This document shows positions 1-8,513 of a stretch of DNA of 64,000 bases, one piece after another. This DNA comes from an uncultured Opitutia bacterium (lineage in GTDB: Bacteria; Verrucomicrobiota; Verrucomicrobiia; Opitutales; CAJWYM01), in contig CAJWYM010000005.1 in assembly GCA_913049555.1 (NCBI GenBank), positions 6,719 to 70,718 of the forward strand. Direction: 5' to 3'. Both the position numbers and the translations under genes were made by a program. The notes under the pieces were generated by a model. It was not told the origin of the DNA and made no database searches. It was given only the letters and a program-made list of their open reading frames with translations. Position 1 is the stretch's first letter, and the number at the start of each line of letters is the position of its first letter.

Positions 1-1922
1 CAGAGGTAGAGCACTTCTTGCATGAATTTTGGGAAATTGCCGCCTTCATTGCGAATGTTATTATTTTTGTGATTGTTGGAGTAATTATTGGTCAAAGAAC
101 ACTCCCGCACGTAACTTTAAACGATGTTTTAATTCTGCTAGCTGTTTATGTAATTATACATTTAGTTAGAATGTTAAACATTATCTTCTTTTACCCATGG
201 ATGAGAAAAGCAGGATATGGGCTTCCTGTTAAAGATGCCTATGTGGTATGGTGGGGGGCTCTAAGAGGTGCAATTGGACTCGCGCTTGCTTTAGTAGTTG
301 CTGGCAGCACTTTGCATGATGGATCAGCAAATCCGATTCCTGTTGCAATAAGAGAACAGTTTCTATTTCACATCTCAGGGATTGTCTTTTTAACATTGCT
401 TGTAAATGCCTCCACTGTGAAAGTATTGGTAAACAAGCTTGGATTGACAGAGGTCCCTGCTGTTAAAAAACTAATGATGCATCAAGCATTTGCAGCGATT
501 CAATCCTCCGGTGCTAGTGAAATCGAGTTGATGAAAAGCGATCGTTTTGTGGGTGGTGCCAATTGGAGTCGGGTTCGTGGATACCTACCAAAAGACAAAA
601 TTGGAACCATCAGCGAACGAGAGTTAGCCAAAGTAGATGCTTTGGCTGAGACTCGAAGAAGAATTCTAGAAAAAGAACGTTCCAGTTACTGGAAACAATT
701 CAAGGAAGGATTGCTTGGTGCACAAGCCGTTAACAAACTAAGCAACAATGTTGCGGAACTTTTAGATTTTGACGGATCTGTTCCATTAACCCGTCGAACT
801 TATCTAGACGACCTTTGTGGAAGGCCTGGTTTGTTAGAGGAATTGGTCAAAATTCCAGTATTAAAATGGTTTCTCTTAAAAAATCTTGAGTACAAATTAG
901 CGAGTTCGTTGGACATTGCTAAAGGTTTTATTATTGCCCAAGAGGAAGTCTTAAAATTAGTCGATCGTCTAACAAATAACTTAGAGGCCGGAGAACAGGA
1001 CGGAACTGAAATTGCAGACAAACTCCGCAAAGAAGTAATGGACAATCGACTCAAGGGTCTGCTTCTCCTGCAACAACTTCATGAACTCTACCCAAAAGTA
1101 ACTGTTGGTATCGAGACGAAACAAGCAATCAGAACTATTTTAAATCATGAACGATCTGAAATTAAAAAACTACAAGGTTCTGGAGCAATTGAAGGGGATG
1201 AAGCTGCGAAACTGATTGCAGATGTAGAACAAAGAATTGAAAACGTCATGAACCGCCCCCTTGAATTAAGGATGCCCACTGCGGTTGAGGTATTGAAAGA
1301 AGCTCCTTGGGTGAAAGGACTGTCTCCACAAATTATCAACAAAATAGTGAGTGCGTCTGAACAAAGAGAATACGCCTCAGGCGATATCATTATGGAGCAA
1401 GGGGAAGATGGAGATGGAATGGTCTTAATCACTCAAGGCAGCGCAGATGTGTTGATCGGAAATGATTTGATAGTCGACATTGTAGGACGAGGAGCAATGA
1501 TCGGAGAGATGGCCGTGTTGGCTGGAGTTAAAAGGACTGCCTCTGTGGTCGCTAAACACAACACGACTGCATTGTGGTTGAGTTCCAATTCTATGCAGTC
1601 AATTATGGAGGAGTCTCCTGAGTTGGCAACCTCTCTCTGGTTGCTTGCAGGTAAAAGATTTGCTGAAAATATTTTGAGCAAAGAAGCGAATATGGCCGAT
1701 TTTTCTCAAATTGAAATGAGGAGATGGTTGTCTTCAGGAAATGTAGTGGCTCCTGTAGATGGCCAGACGGTAAATTTGTATGATAAAATTGTAATATTAA
1801 TTGCAGGATCCGCAAAAGGTTCCAATTCAGCAGAAGAAATTTCGGCCCCTGCCCTTCTTAGTTTACCGGAAGCTCAGTTTTCAAATGACGCTCGTGTATT
1901 TTTCTGTAGTCATCCGAAGTAA
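1..1922 (+). CDS. CPA1-type cation/proton (Na+/H+) exchanger with C-terminal cyclic-nucleotide-binding domain; 5' end truncated by window edge
   Basis: The frame is open to position 3 with no upstream stop. The N-terminal part is hydrophobic TM helices (FWEIAAFIANVIIFVIVGVIIG, typical exchanger motif). The C-terminus carries a cNMP-binding fold signature (GDIIMEQGEDGDGMVLITQG ... GRGAMIGEMAVL ... RTASVVA). Confidence 0.8.
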   Translation, partial: EVEHFLHEFWEIAAFIANVIIFVIVGVIIGQRTLPHVTLNDVLILLAVYVIIHLVRMLNIIFFYPWMRKAGYGLPVKDAYVVWWGALRGAIGLALALVVAGSTLHDGSANPIPVAIREQFLFHISGIVFLTLLVNASTVKVLVNKLGLTEVPAVKKLMMHQAFAAIQSSGASEIELMKSDRFVGGANWSRVRGYLPKDKIGTISERELAKVDALAETRRRILEKERSSYWKQFKEGLLGAQAVNKLSNNVAELLDFDGSVPLTRRTYLDDLCGRPGLLEELVKIPVLKWFLLKNLEYKLASSLDIAKGFIIAQEEVLKLVDRLTNNLEAGEQDGTEIADKLRKEVMDNRLKGLLLLQQLHELYPKVTVGIETKQAIRTILNHERSEIKKLQGSGAIEGDEAAKLIADVEQRIENVMNRPLELRMPTAVEVLKEAPWVKGLSPQIINKIVSASEQREYASGDIIMEQGEDGDGMVLITQGSADVLIGNDLIVDIVGRGAMIGEMAVLAGVKRTASVVAKHNTTALWLSSNSMQSIMEESPELATSLWLLAGKRFAENILSKEANMADFSQIEMRRWLSSGNVVAPVDGQTVNLYDKIVILIAGSAKGSNSAEEISAPALLSLPEAQFSNDARVFFCSHPK

Positions 1923-1943
1923 TATCTATTAAGGTATTTAATA

Positions 1944-2420
1944 ATGACAGAATCTTCATCAGTTCAATCTTGGGATATTTTCAAGGAACACCTCGCAAAG
2001 CAAGGGTTGCGGGTCACCAATCAGCGTCAAGCTATCTTTGATGTCATTTTTTCTGCTGAGACCCATTTTACTGCTGAAGATTTGTTGGATTTATCAAAGC
2101 AACGAGACAATTCCATCTCTCGCGCAACTATTTACAGGACATTGCCTATTTTGGTAGATTGTGAGTTAGTCCGTGAGATTGATGTGGGTAAGGATTACAA
2201 ATATTATATGCCCGTTCAAAGGCAATCTGTTTTTAAAGCACAGGTTGTTTGTTCGGATTGTGAAAACATATACGAGGTAGATGCTCCCTTTATGGAGTGG
2301 TATGGAAAAACAGTTTCAGAAAAATTAGGTTTAAAAGTAGATTCACAGCGATTACAAGTTCATGGGAGTTGTATTGCAAAAAAAGAGGGGAAAGTCTGTG
2401 ATAAACAGCTAGTGTGTTGA
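1944..2420 (+). CDS. Fur-family transcriptional regulator (atypical; lacks the His cluster before the CxxC)
   Basis: Winged-helix region RVTNQRQAIFDVIF...HFTAEDLL...ISRATIYRTLPILVDCELVREI is typical of Fur/Zur/PerR. A CSDC pair is present. It starts 21 nt after the upstream stop. Confidence 0.75.
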   Translation: MTESSSVQSWDIFKEHLAKQGLRVTNQRQAIFDVIFSAETHFTAEDLLDLSKQRDNSISRATIYRTLPILVDCELVREIDVGKDYKYYMPVQRQSVFKAQVVCSDCENIYEVDAPFMEWYGKTVSEKLGLKVDSQRLQVHGSCIAKKEGKVCDKQLVC

Positions 2421-2423
2421 CAG

Positions 2424-2816
2424 ATGCCATTAAAACAACCGCAAAAAGAGGATTACGACTTCCAGATTGGCTTTTTCGAATCCATTTACAAGAGAGATAA
2501 CAAGGAAGTTCGTATTATTGAAATTCTTGGGCACCTTTACACAGTTACAAAGCAATATAAGCTTGGACTGAAGATGGATCGCTTGCTTGTTCATCACAAA
2601 CCTGAAGATTCGATTTCTCACTACAATCTCGCATGTAGCTATTCATTGGTTGAAGATACAAGCAATACTATAAAATATTTAACCTTAGCGGTTGAATTAG
2701 GATACGATGATTTTGAATGGATGAACAAAGACCCGGATCTTGATTTTATAAGAGAGGATCCAGAATTTCTTCAAATTTTAATCTCCATTAAAAAGCCCGA
2801 AGACCCATTTATTTAA
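2424..2816 (+). CDS. TPR-like (end-of-group TPR) domain protein
   Basis: 130-aa ORF starting 4 nt after the Fur-family gene. The C-terminal YNLACSYSL...AVELGYDDFEWMNKDPDLDFIREDPEFLQIL resembles a terminal TPR motif. Confidence 0.45.
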   Translation: MPLKQPQKEDYDFQIGFFESIYKRDNKEVRIIEILGHLYTVTKQYKLGLKMDRLLVHHKPEDSISHYNLACSYSLVEDTSNTIKYLTLAVELGYDDFEWMNKDPDLDFIREDPEFLQILISIKKPEDPFI

Positions 2817-2826
2817 ATTTCTTATT

Positions 2827-3810
2827 ATGAATGCAGATACAGATATTCTTGAGCCCATGTTTTTTAAGCCAATTGGCCAAAAAGCAAAGCTTTCTAAAAT
2901 CCAAAAAGAGATTGTTCGTCTTAAAAAAGAGAAAAACGCAGTGATATTGGTCCATAACTATCAAATTGATGAAATCCAAGAAGTTGGGGATTTTGTTGGA
3001 GATTCTTTGGGTTTGTCCTACAAAGCCGCTGAGTCGGATGCTGATATTATTGTTTTTTGCGGAGTACATTTCATGGCCGAAACTGCCAAAATTGTAAATC
3101 CAGCCAGAAAAGTGATCTTGCCTGAACTTGAAGCAGGATGTTCACTCTCTGATTCTTGTCCTGCAGAAAAATTAAAAAAGTATAAAGACGAAAATCCCAA
3201 CACTTATGTGGTCGCTTACATCAATTGCAGTGCAGGCGTGAAAGCTCTGAGTGATGTAATTTGTACGAGTGGGAATGCGGTCAAAATCATTGAACAAGTC
3301 CCTAAAGATAGAGAAATTTTATTTGTTCCAGATCAAAACTTAGGACAGTGGGTCTCTCAGCAAACTGGGCGTTCCATGAAGTTGTGGCCCGGAAGCTGTT
3401 ATGCGCATGTTCTGTTCACCCAAGATAAAGTTCAGGAATATAAGTTAAAATTCCCAGATGCACCCGTGGTGGCGCATCCAGAATGCGTTCAATCAGTTCG
3501 GGACATTGCCGATGAAGTTTGCAGTACAGAGAAAATGGTTTCTTTTTGCAAATCTCACTCCTCAGATACATTTATTATTGTGACTGAAACAGGGATGATG
3601 CACCGTTTGCAAAGAGAAATTCCGGAAAAGACTTTTATTGCTGGTCCCACCGACAATTGTGCATGCAATGATTGTCGATATATGAAAATGAATACAATCG
3701 ATAAACTTTTAGAGTGTTTGAAATCAGAGAGCCCAGAAATTGATGTTCCAGAAACAATTAGAGAACAGGCATTTGCTCCCATTGATAGAATGCTGAAGTG
3801 GAGTTTGTAG
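2827..3810 (+). CDS. nadA: quinolinate synthase
   Basis: ILVHNYQ...EIQEVGDFVGDSL, VFCGVHFMAETAKI, Cys ligand regions and a 327-aa length are typical of NadA. Confidence 0.9.
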   Translation: MNADTDILEPMFFKPIGQKAKLSKIQKEIVRLKKEKNAVILVHNYQIDEIQEVGDFVGDSLGLSYKAAESDADIIVFCGVHFMAETAKIVNPARKVILPELEAGCSLSDSCPAEKLKKYKDENPNTYVVAYINCSAGVKALSDVICTSGNAVKIIEQVPKDREILFVPDQNLGQWVSQQTGRSMKLWPGSCYAHVLFTQDKVQEYKLKFPDAPVVAHPECVQSVRDIADEVCSTEKMVSFCKSHSSDTFIIVTETGMMHRLQREIPEKTFIAGPTDNCACNDCRYMKMNTIDKLLECLKSESPEIDVPETIREQAFAPIDRMLKWSL

Positions 3811-4074
3811 ATAAAGAGCTGTACGCTTTACATTTTTTCATTTTCTTAATCCATCGAACTCTAGCATATTCTTAGGCTATTACTTTGAATCGAATTCTTT
3901 TTGTAAGAACCATTTCTGGCTTAGAGATTTTTTGGTATTTAACTGTTTCCGATTTCCTCTTTCAATAGCTCTTGCATCTTTCATTAGAATCCAAAAAAGA
4001 GAATCGATGATAAATATAAGATTTTTTTAATCCTCATCTAAAATTCGTCCTCCTACTTGCATTTATGATCGTTA

Positions 4075-4227
4075 AAAAAAGAGAAGATTTCTGAAAAAAA
4101 ATTGAACGTTTTTCAAACTCTTACTGTCTTAATAGATAGAACTTATTATTTTTTATAGTAATTGTTTTAGTTTGTATAGTTTGTATAGTTTGTTACGAAG
4201 GCGGGATTAGTTACCCCGCCTTCTTTG
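4075..4227 (+). ncRNA. candidate small-RNA transcription unit, copy A (A-rich tract + TTGAACG box ... conserved body ... terminator hairpin); paralogue of 22262..22398
   Basis: Aligns by eye with 22262..22398. Shared elements are GAAAAAA..TTGAACGTTTTT, TTATTTTTTATA, TATAGTTT, AGTTTGTTA and an identical GGCGGGATTAGTTACCCCGCC hairpin. There is no ORF, and similarity stops at the hairpin. Confidence 0.35.
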
Positions 4228-4230
4228 TGC
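4197..4230 (+). terminator. stem-loop GAAGGCGGG-attagttac-CCCGCCTTC followed by a weak T tract
   Basis: 9-bp perfect stem (4197-4205 / 4215-4223) with a 9-nt loop. The downstream tract TTTGTG is T-poor, so intrinsic termination is uncertain. Confidence 0.45.
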
Positions 4231-4431
4231 CCCCATTTTTCTTGCGCTTATTCTTTGATTGTTGTTCATTGAAAAAAATACCAGTCCTCTTGTTTGTCAA
4301 AGAATCCAATTATTTGTTCGGAATTATCCATTGAAAAAATTGGACTTTTAATTCTGGCTCTGGGGTATTTAAACCTGATGTTGACCTTCAGGATCTTTTC
4401 AAACTAAGATTCTTATCAATTAAATTTAAAG

Positions 4432-5022
4432 ATGGAAAAATTACAATCACTCAAGGGTCTATATGTACGCCAAAAAAAAGAATGGACTGAAATCCTCACT
4501 AACTTAGAGGGTAAAAACAAGTATGTAGTTTCCACACCTGATGGACATGAAATTTACTATGCTGCTGAAGATAAAGGATCTTTGCTACTTCGTTGGTTTT
4601 TAAAAGCTTTTCGTCCTTTCAATCTAAGCGTTATCACCAAAGAAAATGAGGTTGTAATTCGTGTTGTCAGACCCTTTAAATTTTACTTTCATCAATTAAA
4701 TATTCTCAATAATGAAGGAGAGTCATTAGGAGTTCTTAAACGACAGTTTTCTATATTGAGACGACGCTACACCTTGACAGACAAATCAGGAAAAGAAATT
4801 TTTCACTTACTAGGTCCTCTTTTAAAACCATGGACATTTGTAATTGTAAAAGATCATATTGAAGTAGGCACAATAAGCAAAAAGTGGAGCGGACTGATGA
4901 AAGAAGGTTTTACAGATGCTGATAATTTTAAAATTGTTTTTCCTGAAGAATGGAATATCGAATCCAAAGCTTTGTTACTAGGTGCTGTTTTTTTAATCGA
5001 TTTTGTGCATTTTGAAAAATAG
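4432..5022 (+). CDS. phospholipid scramblase (PLSCR) family protein
   Basis: The C-terminal block GTISKKWSGLMKEGFTDADNFKIVFPEEWNIESKALLLGAVFLIDFVHFE closely parallels the human PLSCR1 C-terminus ([48 protein letters not shown]). The upstream NKY..S..G..IY.A.ED motif is also conserved. Confidence 0.8.
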   Translation: MEKLQSLKGLYVRQKKEWTEILTNLEGKNKYVVSTPDGHEIYYAAEDKGSLLLRWFLKAFRPFNLSVITKENEVVIRVVRPFKFYFHQLNILNNEGESLGVLKRQFSILRRRYTLTDKSGKEIFHLLGPLLKPWTFVIVKDHIEVGTISKKWSGLMKEGFTDADNFKIVFPEEWNIESKALLLGAVFLIDFVHFEK

Positions 5023-5131
5023 GTAAAAGCAAAGCATCCTTATTATGAACGGAACTTGAAAATTTAATTTCAAATACATTTCACATTGAAATCATTACAA
5101 TTTTATTTTTTTGTAAAACGAAACAAACACA

Positions 5132-5500
5132 ATGACTCAAAAACACGAAATTACTAATCTCTTTGAAAAATGGAACCAAGCCCTTCAGACTGGTGACCCT
5201 GAAAACGTTGCAAACTTGTACTTAAAAGATGCAATTCTTCTTCCAACAGTTTCTAACCAAGTACGTCACAATCACTCTGAAATTATTGATTATTTTGTCC
5301 ACTTTCTAAAAAAGAAGCCTTTTGGGACTATCAATGAATCCAATATTAGAATTTTCAATGATATTGCTATAAACTCCGGAGTATACACTTTTACCCTCAA
5401 TAAGGATCTATCTGTTAAAGCTCGCTTCACATTTGTTTACAAGAAAATCGAAGAAATTTGGAAGATTCTTGAACATCATTCTTCAAAAATGCCTGAGTAG
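5132..5500 (+). CDS. NTF2-like protein, CaMKII-association-domain / SgcJ-EcaC family
   Basis: WNQALQTGDPENVANLY..DAILLPTVSN..R.....I.DYF.HFLKKKP.G.I pattern of bacterial CaMKII_AD-type NTF2 folds; 122 aa. Confidence 0.65.
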   Translation: MTQKHEITNLFEKWNQALQTGDPENVANLYLKDAILLPTVSNQVRHNHSEIIDYFVHFLKKKPFGTINESNIRIFNDIAINSGVYTFTLNKDLSVKARFTFVYKKIEEIWKILEHHSSKMPE

Positions 5501-5925
5501 AATTTAGACATCCTTTTTGTAAAAGAAAATTATTTAAATTATGAGTACTTCAAACTCACTTTACATCGATTGCCATGCATCGATGCCCAATTACAAATTT
5601 AGTAAAAATACCCCAAAAAACCACTCACACAGTTTTTGAAAGTCAATTACAAAGGTCAATAAATTGGATTCGATCGATTGAATCTCCTTCAACTTTAAAC
5701 CCAGATTTTTTGTTTATAAACCCTGTGCTACTTACAAACCTATATTCTTATTCAAACATTGATTTCAAGATTTACAGATTTGTTTATAAAAGTTTTTGAA
5801 ATCTTGATGAAGCTAAAAGATTCATCCCAACAGCAACAATACTTTCTCTTTGCGAGAAACTTTAAAAGCTGAAAGGTGATTCCAATAAATCAGCAAATAA
5901 ATCTTAAATAGAAAAGCTCAAAAAA

Positions 5926-6570
5926 TTAGGGTTTGTCTCCACGAATTGTTGAATCCACTTCTATTAAAATTTCATTCTTTCGCAAGCTAGGAACCGTCCA
6001 AGGTGGATCATATCCAGCATAACTAAACCCATTTTTTGTTTTTAAATTTTTTTTCGTCACCCAATCCTGTAACTTTCCTTTTTGTTTTTCAATATTCTCA
6101 AAATCAAAGTTACCACTGAAGGTGTAAACCACCATTCTCTTGGACTTCACTTCTTTTACAGTGACCTCAGAGTTGTTTGGTATTGGAACATTTTTCAAGT
6201 TGTACTTATTTGGCAAAACAAAAGACATTTTCCACTGTGAGCGATCTGGCTCCATGAAAACTGGAGCTGTCATAGCGATCTTCATTGAACTCGCTTCATC
6301 TTCAATTTTTTCGGAGGAAACTATTGAATTATCCCCACTGATATATTTGAAAAGTTTCCTAAAACCATTGCTGCTTGAATCCTTAGAATGAGATTCGCCC
6401 ATAATCGTTTCTGCAACCAAAAAATTGTCATACTCTCGGATTTCGAAAGAACCCTCTTTATCGACAACTGTATAGCCTAATTGTTCTGTTCCAGATCGAA
6501 TTCCCACAGCACTACATCCCAGAAATAGAAAAAACAAAGAAAATATTAAAAAAAAAGAATACCATTTCAT
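5926..6570 (-). CDS. SOUL haem-binding family lipoprotein
   Basis: Signal peptide with lipobox FLGC. SOUL/HBP motifs are present: EQLGYTVV...FEIREY, MTAPV, SFVLP, YTFSG, AGYDPPWT...RKNEILIEV. Confidence 0.8.
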   Translation of the reverse strand: MKWYSFFLIFSLFFLFLGCSAVGIRSGTEQLGYTVVDKEGSFEIREYDNFLVAETIMGESHSKDSSSNGFRKLFKYISGDNSIVSSEKIEDEASSMKIAMTAPVFMEPDRSQWKMSFVLPNKYNLKNVPIPNNSEVTVKEVKSKRMVVYTFSGNFDFENIEKQKGKLQDWVTKKNLKTKNGFSYAGYDPPWTVPSLRKNEILIEVDSTIRGDKP

Positions 6571-6700
6571 AAAATTTATTATTAGACTAACTAGAGCTTA
6601 TCAGTCGCCAAATATTCCATTTAATAGAAGCAACTGCTTTCAACTTCATGGATCGATTTTGTAAGTTTTCACTCATAAAGATGGATTAGGAAATGAAAGA

Positions 6701-7942
6701 TCAAACGATAGGGATCTCATTCCAATTAGTCGTAAAGGCTGGCGACCTTGTCTCTGCTTTTTGAATCCATTTTTTTTGATTCAACTGAGAACCCATCCGA
6801 ATCGTTCCTTTTCCCAATTTTTTATTCAATGCATCATACACCTTCATCGCCTTAGGGCTGTCTGGATACTTCTCAAACAAGGTCAATTGCTTCCGACTTG
6901 AACTTTCAAGAAGCCCGAGAAACACTCCAGCCTTCGCGTACTTATAATTATCCTTATAAATTAATTTTATCATTTCACTGATTAATTGAAAGATCGTTCT
7001 GGTATCCTGAATGGGTTCTTCCAATAGAAGGTGCTTCGAATTGCTGTAATAAGGATCGTCAGAAAAAGGACTTGTTCGTATATAAATTTGGATAAACTTA
7101 GTCGCCAATCCTTTGGCTCTCATCTTGGAACATGCAACATCAGCAAAATCCATCAAAGGCGACTTTAAGCATTCTAACGATTCAATCTTTTCTCCAAAGG
7201 ATCGAGAAACATGGATCCCTTTTTGTTCACTTGCCAGATCGTTGAGGCCAAAACACTTATAACCATCAAGCTCTCGTAAGGTTCGTTCTCCATTCACCCC
7301 CAATCTTTTTCTAATCAAAGACGGCTGAGCATATCGATATTGCTTCGCATTCAAGATATGCAAAGCGTTCAATTTTGGCTTGGTTTTTCGGCCCACTCCC
7401 CAGAGATCTTCAATTTCATAATTTTCAAGAATCGCATCGTAATCTGGATGATCGACCATCATAAACTTCACTCCATGACTCTTTTTTGCCAATTTATTAG
7501 AAATTTTGGCCACCGTCTTAGAGCTTGAGATCCCCACGCAAACTGGGATTCCTAGATCGCGGTATATACGTTTCCGGATTTCCATGCCAATGCGTGCACA
7601 ATCTTTATACGGAAGCTCCAAAAAACACTCATCAATCGAATAGACCTCCTGATCGATTGCATATTCATTTAAAATTTTCATCATTCGATCACTCAAATCT
7701 CCATAAAGTTTGTAATTGCTAGAAGCCACTGTGATTCGATGCAGTCGAATGAGATCTTTAATTTTAAAAAATGGATCCCCCATTTTAATACCCAATGCCT
7801 TGGCCTCATTGGACCTGGCAATCGCACAACCATCATTGTTTGAAAGAACAATGGTTGGTTTGTGTCTTAAATATGGCCTAAAAACTCTTTCACAACTTAC
7901 ATAGAAATTATTACCATCTACTAAAGCAATGACCGTTTTCAT
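6701..7942 (-). CDS. umuC: Y-family DNA polymerase V catalytic subunit
   Basis: [43 protein letters not shown] is a canonical UmuC N-terminus. I chose the start at ATG 7942, which overlaps the umuD stop (ATGA). The ORF-track start at 7978 adds 12 non-conserved residues. Confidence 0.9.
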   Translation of the reverse strand: MKTVIALVDGNNFYVSCERVFRPYLRHKPTIVLSNNDGCAIARSNEAKALGIKMGDPFFKIKDLIRLHRITVASSNYKLYGDLSDRMMKILNEYAIDQEVYSIDECFLELPYKDCARIGMEIRKRIYRDLGIPVCVGISSSKTVAKISNKLAKKSHGVKFMMVDHPDYDAILENYEIEDLWGVGRKTKPKLNALHILNAKQYRYAQPSLIRKRLGVNGERTLRELDGYKCFGLNDLASEQKGIHVSRSFGEKIESLECLKSPLMDFADVACSKMRAKGLATKFIQIYIRTSPFSDDPYYSNSKHLLLEEPIQDTRTIFQLISEMIKLIYKDNYKYAKAGVFLGLLESSSRKQLTLFEKYPDSPKAMKVYDALNKKLGKGTIRMGSQLNQKKWIQKAETRSPAFTTNWNEIPIV

Positions 7943-8310
7943 TTTATCTTCTTTACGATCGAAGTGATCACCCCCCAAATTTCATTGTCTTGGTAGAGCT
8001 CATTAGGATTCGGTTGTGATTGTGAGGAAGCGTCAAATACCATGATTTTAAACTCACCATTTCTGCAAAGAACAACTAGATCGTTTTTGCTTGGAATCAC
8101 TTGCCTATCTACAATCAATATTTCATCCTTAGAAATACCAATGGACTTTCTATCGACACCAGATCTAAAGTAAAATGTGGACTGAGGATGCTTGATAAGA
8201 ATATCAGAAATACTGAGGGAAGGTTCCATATGATCCTCAGCTGGAGAAGGAAAACCCGCTGGAATTGAATTCTCTATATTAATATTTAAAATGGGATCAA
8301 AAGCTAACAT
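7939..8310 (-). CDS. umuD: UmuD-like S24 peptidase-fold protein (catalytic dyad apparently not conserved)
   Basis: [10 protein letters not shown]...KHPQSTFYF...[10 protein letters not shown]...GEFKI aligns with E. coli UmuD (CGFPSPAADY...QHPSATYFV..GDSM..ISDGDLLIVD...GEFTVKKL). It is translationally coupled to umuC. Confidence 0.75.
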   Translation of the reverse strand: MLAFDPILNINIENSIPAGFPSPAEDHMEPSLSISDILIKHPQSTFYFRSGVDRKSIGISKDEILIVDRQVIPSKNDLVVLCRNGEFKIMVFDASSQSQPNPNELYQDNEIWGVITSIVKKIK

Positions 8311-8313
8311 TAA

Positions 8314-8329
8314 GTGTTATTATGTACAC
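8314..8329. promoter_or_regulatory. SOS-box-like palindrome GTGT-N8-ACAC immediately upstream of umuD
   Basis: GTGTTATTATGTACAC has the same 4-8-4 architecture and AT-rich core as the CTGT-N8-ACAG LexA box. It ends 3 nt from the umuD ATG. Confidence 0.3.
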
Positions 8330-8513
8330 CTTTTATGGGTTTTCAATATTTTTAAAATTAAAATAACAATTCATTCCTATTCACACCCTCAATCAACTTT
8401 CAATTTAGAGTCTCTTAAAATAATTGTACTCCAATTTAAAGAACTGTCTGTAATGACGCAGAGGGATCTAGAAGTAGTTTTTATAATAATGGAACGTGGG
8501 AATATAATCTAGA

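Noticed and set aside
4168-4196. I checked whether the short tandem repeat GTTTGTATA x2.5 is a CRISPR-like or satellite array.
   Set aside because: It has only about 2.5 units of 9 nt, no spacers and no cas genes. It is part of the sRNA-like unit rather than an array.
5575-5799. A 74-aa plus-strand ORF lies in the 5501..5925 gap.
   Set aside because: It has low-complexity, AT-driven composition, no recognisable motif and no ribosome-binding site, and it is probably non-coding. The nearby short inverted repeats (CATCGAT pair at about 5564-5585; TCAAGATTT/AAATCTTGA at about 5764-5807) are weak and lack T tracts.
7943-7978. The ORF track gives extended N-termini for umuC (7978), pseC (47258), the MSMEG_0570-like gene (29793), the FucU-like gene (52733), LacI (26519), the membrane protein (56355), a GPH transporter (34287) and a sulfatase (62219).
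   Set aside because: Internal ATG starts remove long overlaps with the upstream genes and begin exactly where family conservation starts. The extensions use non-conserved sequence or TTG/GTG codons.
8291-8512. A 73-aa plus-strand ORF lies between umuD and bcp.
   Set aside because: It overlaps the umuD start and promoter region, is AT-rich and has no motif. The region is better explained as a divergent control region.
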